Shown here: positions 22,508 to 31,400 of the stretch, one piece after another
Layout: the number at the start of each line of letters is the position of its first letter
Position numbering within the stretch: position 1 is the first letter of the stretch
Assembly: GCA_907165135.1 (NCBI GenBank)
Contig: OU015566.1
Span: 6,200,001-6,264,000 of the forward strand
Direction: 5' to 3'
Length of the DNA: 64,000 nucleotides
Source of the DNA: Oikopleura dioica
Lineage: Eukaryota > Animalia > Chordata
Notes under the pieces: generated by a model
The model's database searches: none
What the model saw: the letters and a program-made list of their open reading frames with translations, nothing else
What the model was told of the DNA's origin: nothing
Program-made: the position numbers and the translations under genes

Positions 22508-25500
22508 CTATCAAAAGTCATTGAAACTTGCGAAAGTGCTCTTTTCGCACCGGCCTCCCTTAAATTCGTCAACATTCAGCTCAACGGACTAAAATTTCCC
22601 TGCCTTATCGATAGTGGCGCAAGTAGGACATGTTTACGCTCAGACGTCCTAGATCTCCTTCCGTCTACTATTAACAAACAAATCCCATCTTCAATAAAGC
22701 TCAAGTGTGCGAACTCAGAAATCGTCAATGTGAAAACGCTCAGCTCTCCAATCGACGCCAAATTTGAAACCAGCTCCTCGCCACTTAAATTGAAGCTGGA
22801 CCCGCTCATCGTTCAAAACCTATCTTGCCCGATCATTTTGGGGATGGATATCCTTAAAGGAATAACAATCGAAGAAAACTCAATTACGCTCAAAAATAAG
22901 GTTATTCCAACAATTGATCCAAATTCCTCTGATATGTTCCTAACTGGTTTGATCGAAATTGATAAGGAAACTAGTCGCGAAAAAGAAGAGTACGAAAAAT
23001 TCGTAAAACTACGATCAGAAAAAGCTCGCAAAATAAACTTTGTTCCCAAAATTGGATCTTATGGCTCGACTGATCCAATACAGAAGAAACAGCTCGAAAC
23101 TTTAACTCACAAATGGCGACTCTCCTTCAACATGGACACAAACGATCTTGGTCGACTCTTTGGTTTCAGATATTCGCTCCCATTATATGACGAAACAAAA
23201 TCGGCACACCAACCGCCGCGGAAAATTCCCATTCACCTAGTGCCAAAAGTCAGTGACCAGATGGAAAACTGGAAGCAGCTCACTGTCATTCAAGAGACAC
23301 AATCAGCATTTAACATTCCGCTCATTATACTCCGTAAAAACGATTCTTCAATCAGAGTTTCTTTGGATGCGCGAATGATCAATGAGCTGTTGCAGAAAGA
23401 TCGCTTCCCATTGCCAAGTATGCAAAGTGTTTTTACGTCAATTGGGGAGAAACTTACTGGTAAAGAATGCTACATTAGTTCAGTAGATTTCTTTCGCGGA
23501 TATTGGCAAGTGCTCATTCATGAAGCTGATGCCCACAAGATGGCCTTCAGTTACGACAACCGACATTACCAAGCTAACCGGATGCTCTATGGATCATGCA
23601 ATGCCCCAGCCTGTTTTTCTAGAATCATGAACAAGCTGATGGAACATGACTCTATTCTGCTTTATTTGGACGATTTGATCGTGATTGACAATAATTGGGA
23701 AAACCATCTGCAAGCACTAGAATTTGTCTTTAAAACCTGCTACGAACATGGGCTAGTCCTGAATGCCGCAAAGTGTAAGCTCGCCAGTACAGAATTAGAT
23801 TTTCTTGGTCACAGAATCACTTCTGATGGTATCAAACCGCTCCGAAAACATCTTGAAGCGATTGAAAAGATGGAACCACCGACAGACAAAGCTGAACTGA
23901 AGAGATATTTGGGCATGGTTAACTTTAATGTTAAATTCATCAAACGCGGAAGTGAAATCCTGTCCCCGCTCTATCGTCTGACATCAGCAAAAGCGAAATA
24001 CGAGTGGTCCGACATCCACCAGAAAGCTTTTGATACAGTAAAAAGTGAACTCCTGAAAGAGCCGACTCTCGCGCACTTCAAACCCGGATGCAAACTCGTC
24101 CTTGTTACCGACTCATCTGGATACGCAGTCGGAGGAACACTTTATCAAGTTCAAAACGATCGATTCGCACCCCTTGGATACTTCAGCAAAGCTCTTACGG
24201 GTCCCGACCTCAAGCGACCAATGAGAATCAAGGAACTCTTCGCTCTCTGCTGGGGAATCCAATTTTTTGAGTACTACCTGATCAACTGCGAATTCGATTG
24301 TTATGTTGACCATAAATCATTGCTCTATCTATTTCGGGAATCACGAAAACAGAAATTGGACATAAAATTATGTAATGTACATAATTACCTCCTCGCTTTT
24401 AACTTCACGATCATTCACAAAAGCGGATCAAGTCCTGAAATGGCCTCTGCAGATTTCTTCAGCCGTTTACCAAAGTCAAAAAGCTCTGACCTTGAGAGAG
24501 ACTCCGAAAACTTCTTCGACGTTGATGAAACAATCTTTGCATTGTCAACGTTAACAACAAGTGATGTTATCTTCTCGTTCGAAAACCGATCATTTACAGC
24601 AGAGGAAATGGCAACTGCTCAAGACGCATGCTCAGTTACAAGAAATCTTCGAGTGAAAGCGAAGCTGAACAAGTCACCGAAAAGACTTATGCTCAAAAAT
24701 GATGTTCTTTATTCAAATAACAGATTGGTTCTTCCAAGCGCTGTTGCTGATGAATTTATCTCTTATCTGCACTCCCTGACAGCTCATGCCGGAAGTCAAC
24801 AGCTCCTGCAGATGCTACGAAAATTCTTTATAAGCAACATACAACAGAAAGTTCGCGCGATCACAAGCTCCTGTGAAACATGCATTCGACTCAAGCCGTT
24901 CAAACAAATGAGACCTTCGCTCATAAAGGATCGCCAATTTGCTCAACTCCCTTTTGAAAAGGTCCATATTGACCTTGTGGACTACGCACGACCAGATCAA
25001 GCTGGAAAACGATACCTGCTCACCGTCGTTGATAGCTTAAGTGGCTACCTCGATGGAGAACCGCTCTCAAACAAGTCCGACAATCTCGTTGCTAAGGCTC
25101 TTCTGCGAATAATACTGAGACACGGAATATCCGAAAATTGTATTTCTGATAATGGCAAAGAGTTTGGTCCGAAAACAACAGCCATCCTCGACAGATTTGA
25201 GATACGCCGCAGTACTACAAGTGCCTATTACAGTAAGTCAAATGGAAAGTGCGAACGAATCCACCGAGAAATTCACCAGAAGCTCAAAAACCAACTCGCC
25301 ACAAATCGCACTTGGTCCGACTACTGGCCAATGGTACAGTACTTTCTAAACAACACTCCAAAAGGCTCCTTGGATGGTTTATCAAGTAATGAAGTTGTGT
25401 ACGGAAGACAATTTCATGTTCCTTATTCGCTCAAAGAGCCGATCACAGAAAATATCCAGCCATTCATTAGAGGGTTAAATTCATATTTCAAGAAGTTACA

Positions 25501-26041
25501 TCCTGCTCTGCTTAACTTCCAAGTCCAACGATACCAGTCATTGTTAAAACGTGACAAGAACAACTGTCCGGTTTTACCAATTGGAAGTAATGTTCTCTGT
25601 TGGAAACCTGATCCTTACTCTGGAAAACTTGGATTGTCCTGGTCTGGACCGTTCAAAGTTCATAGAAGGCTTTCAAAAGACAGCTACATTCTGAAGTGCC
25701 CGCTCACCAGAAAAGAGTACCGTAGAAATATTAGTCTGATCCGACCGCTCAAAGTCAAAACTGAGGACGATAAAACGCAAGTGATCTGCAGTGACAAGCC
25801 TCAAAACGACTTCAAACCAGAAAAAGTTCAAGCTCAAAAATCAGCTCCTTGTTCAAAACACACTGAAGATCCAAAACAAGCTAAATCTAGTAAATCTGCT
25901 CTGAAAGATGAAGAAGCTCAAGCTCACAATCCTTGCTCAGAAGACCCTCCTAGTACAGTCAATGATCGACTGCTGATCAATCAAAAGGATAAGAAGGATT
26001 CAATATGGAAAGATCGTCTTCGCTCTAGACAAAAACAATAA
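22508..26041 (+). CDS. pol: Pol polyprotein (protease, RT, RNase H, integrase), in frame with gag after a TGA
   Basis: LIDSGAS (~22604-22624), YLDDL, VTDSSGYAVGG, VDHKSL, H-x4-H..CETC, DLVD/SDNGKEF/KCER, WSGPF; open frame from 22508. Confidence 0.97.
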   Translation, partial: LSKVIETCESALFAPASLKFVNIQLNGLKFPCLIDSGASRTCLRSDVLDLLPSTINKQIPSSIKLKCANSEIVNVKTLSSPIDAKFETSSSPLKLKLDPLIVQNLSCPIILGMDILKGITIEENSITLKNKVIPTIDPNSSDMFLTGLIEIDKETSREKEEYEKFVKLRSEKARKINFVPKIGSYGSTDPIQKKQLETLTHKWRLSFNMDTNDLGRLFGFRYSLPLYDETKSAHQPPRKIPIHLVPKVSDQMENWKQLTVIQETQSAFNIPLIILRKNDSSIRVSLDARMINELLQKDRFPLPSMQSVFTSIGEKLTGKECYISSVDFFRGYWQVLIHEADAHKMAFSYDNRHYQANRMLYGSCNAPACFSRIMNKLMEHDSILLYLDDLIVIDNNWENHLQALEFVFKTCYEHGLVLNAAKCKLASTELDFLGHRITSDGIKPLRKHLEAIEKMEPPTDKAELKRYLGMVNFNVKFIKRGSEILSPLYRLTSAKAKYEWSDIHQKAFDTVKSELLKEPTLAHFKPGCKLVLVTDSSGYAVGGTLYQVQNDRFAPLGYFSKALTGPDLKRPMRIKELFALCWGIQFFEYYLINCEFDCYVDHKSLLYLFRESRKQKLDIKLCNVHNYLLAFNFTIIHKSGSSPEMASADFFSRLPKSKSSDLERDSENFFDVDETIFALSTLTTSDVIFSFENRSFTAEEMATAQDACSVTRNLRVKAKLNKSPKRLMLKNDVLYSNNRLVLPSAVADEFISYLHSLTAHAGSQQLLQMLRKFFISNIQQKVRAITSSCETCIRLKPFKQMRPSLIKDRQFAQLPFEKVHIDLVDYARPDQAGKRYLLTVVDSLSGYLDGEPLSNKSDNLVAKALLRIILRHGISENCISDNGKEFGPKTTAILDRFEIRRSTTSAYYSKSNGKCERIHREIHQKLKNQLATNRTWSDYWPMVQYFLNNTPKGSLDGLSSNEVVYGRQFHVPYSLKEPITENIQPFIRGLNSYFKKLHPALLNFQVQRYQSLLKRDKNNCPVLPIGSNVLCWKPDPYSGKLGLSWSGPFKVHRRLSKDSYILKCPLTRKEYRRNISLIRPLKVKTEDDKTQVICSDKPQNDFKPEKVQAQKSAPCSKHTEDPKQAKSSKSALKDEEAQAHNPCSEDPPSTVNDRLLINQKDKKDSIWKDRLRSRQKQ

Positions 26042-26318
26042 GATGAGATGTTCAACTCATGAATTGCTCAATAGAAACTCGAATAATGAAGTATAAAAGC
26101 CCTGTTTGCCGTTCGAACGATGCTCAAATACAATGATCACAACTTTAGCGATATGATGCACACTCGTAAAGAGAGAGAGAGAGTCAAGTTCCGTTCAATC
26201 GCCGTGAAAGTTTATACAGGCCACTGTGGATTTACGACCGCATAAAATTGATTATGTTCAAGTAATCGGCGCCCTCTACTTGCACCGCTATTCCTAACCT
26301 TGCGCCGTACTTCCGCAG

Positions 26319-26531
26319 ATGTTGGCAATGTGTGCAGTTGCCAATCACCTTATTCGAAAATATGTTCTTGCCGCATTCTCCCAGCTCGAATGGAACGATG
26401 CGAATCTCCTTGTTCTTAAAGGGGGAAGAGAAGAAATGAAAACTGCTCGTTTGCTCACAAATGTTCAATTGCTCACTTGGTTTTTCGAAAAGCTCCTGCT
26501 CGAGTTCGCAGTCGAGAATCCAAATCGATGA
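26319..26531 (+). CDS. Retroelement accessory ORF-a (70 aa)
   Basis: ATG directly follows CTAAC..TTCCGCAG acceptor; stop overlaps the next ATG (ATGA). Confidence 0.55.
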   Translation: MLAMCAVANHLIRKYVLAAFSQLEWNDANLLVLKGGREEMKTARLLTNVQLLTWFFEKLLLEFAVENPNR

Positions 26532-26818
26532 AAATGGCTGTTCAAACAGAAAAAAACATCCCCGCGCGCTGCAACACTCGAAATCTCCCGCGCCAGGACA
26601 AAAGGGACCCGTCGTCACATCCCTGTTCCCCCAACGTGAAAATGGAAATGCACCGACTGAAACAAGCCAAATCGAAAAATGACTTTACAAGAAGAGACAA
26701 GAAGCTCAACAGATCAACCACGCTAGTCACAGTTCCTACGATCACACTTATCCGTGTTTCAAGTGGCAAAAAGAGAAGTCCGGAAGTAATTAAAAGAAAA
26801 AGTGTTTCTATCATGTAA
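26528..26818 (+). CDS. Retroelement accessory ORF-b (96 aa, Lys/Arg-rich)
   Basis: ATG overlaps the ORF-a stop; basic clusters RRDKKLNR and GKKRSPEVIKRK. Confidence 0.5.
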   Translation: MKMAVQTEKNIPARCNTRNLPRQDKRDPSSHPCSPNVKMEMHRLKQAKSKNDFTRRDKKLNRSTTLVTVPTITLIRVSSGKKRSPEVIKRKSVSIM

Positions 26819-26837
26819 ATTGCTAAGCAGAAGAGAA

Positions 26838-27521
26838 ATGCCGACTAACCTTGAAACAGATATTTTCCACCTTCAGAGATGCTGCATAAAACGAAGATAC
26901 CAACAATTCGCGCTCAATTTTGTCATGGGAATAAAAATACCAATTGTGGAAGAAATCGACTGTGAGAAAACTCTAGTTATTAGAGAGCTTCTCGAAGAAA
27001 TCGAAGTATCTATCAAGGAAAAGACAAATTGGTTCCAAATCTTGACTCAAAAATCGCTCAATCTCAGCACGATCGACAGTAACCTGAAGTGTCTCCTTAT
27101 CTTTTCCTGCAAATGCCTAATACTTACTGCCCAAGGAGCAAATCCGGAAACAAGAAATTCAATTGTCTCCGAATATGCAAGGAAATGGGCAAAACAAAGG
27201 TCTGTTTGGAGAAGACTTGAAAATATCGAAATTTCCGATCTACGAATTCTGAAATCTGAGGTCACCTTCATAATTCACGAACACCTGAAGCACCTTGGGT
27301 TGAGAGACTCACGAACAAACACCTCGGCTCATTCAGAAATACAGTTCATCGAAGAAGTAAATGATGTTCCGGTTGGCCCAGCTCAACAGCCGCTCGTTGA
27401 CTCTCCCGTCAACCAAAACGATCCTTTCGCCACGATTACTGCTTATGGACAAAACATCCTTGATGAAATCTTGGACTTTCAAACACAGGACATTCCTCTA
27501 CCAGAAAGACAAACGATCTAA
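26838..27521 (+). CDS. Retroelement accessory ORF-c (227 aa), not Env-like
   Basis: Long open frame ending just before the PPT; no signal peptide or TM helix; acidic C-terminus. Confidence 0.65.
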   Translation: MPTNLETDIFHLQRCCIKRRYQQFALNFVMGIKIPIVEEIDCEKTLVIRELLEEIEVSIKEKTNWFQILTQKSLNLSTIDSNLKCLLIFSCKCLILTAQGANPETRNSIVSEYARKWAKQRSVWRRLENIEISDLRILKSEVTFIIHEHLKHLGLRDSRTNTSAHSEIQFIEEVNDVPVGPAQQPLVDSPVNQNDPFATITAYGQNILDEILDFQTQDIPLPERQTI

Positions 27522-27529
27522 AAATAAAT

Positions 27530-27539
27530 GGAGGAGGAA
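27530..27539 (+). other. Polypurine tract
   Basis: GGAGGAGGAA three nt upstream of the 3' LTR. Confidence 0.8.
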
Positions 27540-27542
27540 TTA

Positions 27543-27954
27543 TGTAGTGTTTCTCATTAGTCATCCGCCACTTGAGTTCACCGCGCTGCGCCGCGCGCAG
27601 TTCACGACCCGCGAAGCGCTATTCACGACTCGCGAAGCGCATTTCACCACGCGCAAACGCTCCGCCGCAAACCGCGAAAGCACAGTTCACCACGGACTAG
27701 GATCAACTCACGACTCACGAAAAAGTCACTCACCACGATCTAACAGCTCACCACGGTTTATGAAAACCATATATAAACGATCTTATTTCTCACTGACACA
27801 GTTCACACACACACAACTCTACTTTTTACTCAGAGACACCACAATAAAACTTGCTCTTTTTAACAACGTTCGTCGCTCACTATTTGTATTCCCGCTCGCG
27901 AATACGATAAACGCAATTAGTTATCCAACTTATGTACTGTGAGAAACACGTACA
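27543..27954 (+). repeat. 3' LTR
   Basis: No differences from the 5' LTR seen by eye. Confidence 0.97.
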
Positions 27955-28406
27955 AAAAGGGATCAGAATATCAAGGGATTAATCAAGAGTTCACTTTCCA
28001 GCCCAGCCCTCGTTGGACTTGTGCTTCTTTCCACTCCATCTTTGTTTGACTAATGATTTGAAGATCGCTTTAGCCATTTCGTTTTTCTTTGATTCTCTCT
28101 ATCTAAGCAAAATCAAGACCTGCATCCTTCTTTGTTTCAATATATGGAATTTTATTCGACCCAAATGGATCGCTAACTAGTAAAGCTAATCCAGCATTTT
28201 AGAAAGATTAAATTTTTATGTCGGGATAAAATGAGTCCCGATCGATTCCGAAAATCAATCGAGAATTATGAAGAAAAAGCTGAGTTTAAAAATTATTTTT
28301 CAGGAATCAGGGATGCATTTATTAAATAAAAGGTCAGGGAAAATCAGGAAAGTCGGGAAATGGGCTGATAGTAGGCCGCTGATTATAAATATTTCTTTTC
28401 AGATTT

Positions 28407-31400
28407 TCATGAAGTCATTTTTTCTTCAATAATATAACTTGAGTCGATCGACATTTTGTGGCCGCTGGTTTTGGGCGCTTGTCCATGCGGCATATCCCAG
28501 TAACGGCAGACAACTACGAAGCAATTATGACGCTGAAGTAAGAATAAAGAGGCAGTACCGTAAACAGATCTGCCATCTCTGGAAGCGGCTATTCCTACAC
28601 CGACTTTTGTGGCGCCTTTCCACACGATTTGGGTGAAATTGGTGACGTCTCCGGTTCCGTCTTTTGAATCATGAGTGTCGAAATCGTAGTTGTAAAAGCC
28701 GCTGTACCATGCTTCGACAGCACTTCTTCCAGCCGCTTCCAAATCTTCTCTTGTGAAGGATTCACGAGGCGCTCCGGTGCCCTTGTAGACGTTTTGTCCA
28801 GTATTCGACTGATTTGGTTGGATTCGTAACTCATCGTTTGATGCGAGATGCTCGGCCCATTGTTGCGCGTAGGTATCAGGAACGTACGGCATAGACTTGT
28901 GTAAAAGGGAGTTTAAAGAAAAAGTAAAATCACTCTTACAAAGTTCGGCGTATTTCTATGCTTGGCGCGTTTTTCATTGTGCGCTGCTAGACAGGCTCGG
29001 TAACCTGCCTCCAAGACTTGTGAATCGAGTTCAAAAATGTTCCTGAAAAATTCATGATAGTAGAATTTAATCGAAAATGATAAATATATATTTAATCATT
29101 TTAATAAGAAAATCACAAAAAAAATATTTGAATTTTTATGTTATTTTGGACTTAACCAATTTATGGAAATGAATTTTCAGATGACCAATGAGAATGCTGT
29201 ATTAAGCCTACCGGCCAATCAAAACCCAGATTGATAAAATCACCTCCATAAATTAGTTTAACCCAAAATCCGCAAAATTCTCAGGCGATTTTGAATACTC
29301 TATTTAGTCTGAAAATCTTACTTGAGTCGATTGACGTTTCCAGGTCTGACATCATCGTCGACGTTCCAGTATCGACAAACAACTTAAATTCTATAATTGA
29401 CTTTTCAAACTGGATTGATCACCGTAAAGAAATTTTTTATCCTGGGACAACGCGATGCCTACTCCAAGGGCACTGGTTGCTTTTCTGACAACTTGCACAA
29501 AGGAATCGACACTTTCTCCATATGGATCCTTTTTGCCGTGCGTATCGAAGTTGTAGTTGTCAATCTGGCTATACCACTCCTTGACAGCATCTCTGACACT
29601 TTCTTCAAAATATTTTCTATTGATTAGCGTTATTGGAGCCTTGTAGATGTTCTGTCCAGTTCTTTCTCTAGGAAAAGGATAATCAAAAATGAAAAATCCT
29701 GTTGGCCAAACTGATTTGCTTGAATTTCGAAAACAGCACCACCTGCGAGACGTTCGGCCCAGCTTTGTGCCTTTGGATCTACACGGCCATACTGTATGTA
29801 TGACTCATACGGCCTCGACTTTTGGAGAAAAATAGTTAAGTGATAGAGCTTTTATCGTTTTTACCAAGCTTCCAGTGTTGGTATGCTGTTGACGAAGTTC
29901 ATTGTGCGCGTTCAAGCAAGCAACTCGTGCTGCGTTGAAATCTGCTTCGTCAGGAACAAATTGGGATCTTAAGTATCAATATTAAGGAGTTGTCCTTTTA
30001 TTCAATAAAAAAATGAATCAAGCTTGTCTGTTTCAGCCTCACATTTGTCGCTCAACATTTTGCCCACAATAGTGAACGGAAGTTAGTGGCCACTGTCCAT
30101 CCGGCATATTCCAGTATCGGCAAACAACTTAGATTAAAATTATCAGACGTCGATAATAACCCGGGTTATTACCGTATACGTGCTTGAGATCTCTCGAAAT
30201 CGCTATTCCAACTCCGAGATATTCCACACTTTTCCAGACAACTTGGGTAAAAGAGTAGACTTCTTTTTCATGCCAGTCATTCGAATTATTGTAATTGTAT
30301 TCGTTTATCTTGCTGTACCATTCCTTCACGGCATTTCTACCAAACTCTTCGAAATCTTCTCTTGTGAAAGATCGTCGACCAGCTATGGAGGCCTTGTAGA
30401 TGTTCTGACCAGTGTTATCTCTTAAAATGAATGTTTAAAAATCATTCAGCCTTTAACTTAAAGTAAATTACTGATTGGGTTGGATTTGGAATTCACCGCC
30501 ATTTGCAAGATGTTCGGCCCAGAACTGCGCTGGTGTATCCGGAGTCCAAGGCATCCACTTGTTTAAAAATGAATCGAATTCATTCAAATAGTATAAACTG
30601 CCCTTACCACACTGTTGGTATTTCTATGCAGTGCGCGAAACTCATTATGCGCCGCTTCACAGGCTCGGCAACCCGCCATCAAATCCTCTCGATCAATTTC
30701 AAGTTGGTCGCTGGAAGATTATTATTGAATTTGAGAATCATTCTCTTCATTTTCATCTTACCTTGCTGGTTCAACGTTTTCCTCTCTATTGTCATCATTC
30801 ACGCTCCAATATCGGCAAACAACTAAAAATTTTGATTCAAAATTATGTACAGCCCTATTATCATTAATAATTTATTAGTTTTGGTATGATTAATAAATCA
30901 ATCATATCATATGATATGGGCAATCATATTGTCACATCAATCTGGGCTGGGCAACCTGCGGGAACAAATCTGGCCGCCTTTTAACTCAGGTCAGGCTCAG
31001 GCTCAGGTTTTTTTCTTTAGCCTTAACTTTACTGAAGCCTGCAGGTGAGGACACAGGTTTTTTTCGAGGTCAGATTGCCAATCCCAGATATGATATGAGT
31101 TATATCATATGACACAAACAAGGATCTATCGCGGTGGTAGTAGGGGTTATCATTCGAGCTGCCCTTAACCTTACGCCGCCAAATCTATATATATCATAAT
31201 ATATATATCATCATATATGATATATGGCTGGGGTTGCGCCAGTGGGAAAATGGACTTTTTTTGCACTTGACCTGGATGGATGAAATTTTGTGGACATATT
31301 TCTGAGGTCCTAATCAAGAAAAAAATCAAAAAAAATTTTCGAAAAATTAAGGGTATAGGGGTCGAAAAATCGATTTTTTCATTTTTGCAAAATTAAGCCT

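Larger units (their letters stand above)
20677..27954 (+). mobile_element. Full-length Ty3/gypsy LTR retrotransposon (Tor-like)
   Basis: Two 412-bp LTRs (TGTA...TACA), AAAA TSD, PBS-like TGG after the 5' LTR, PPT before the 3' LTR, gag then PR-RT-RNaseH-IN order. Confidence 0.97.

Noticed and set aside
26838-27521. Calling ORF-c an envelope gene
   Set aside because: No signal peptide, furin/fusion-peptide arrangement or transmembrane anchor, and far shorter than Env proteins
29318-30042. Stop codons overlapping splice donors as a special switch
   Set aside because: Any phase-2 intron starting GTAA or GTGA gives an in-frame stop; only the intronic AATAAA is informative
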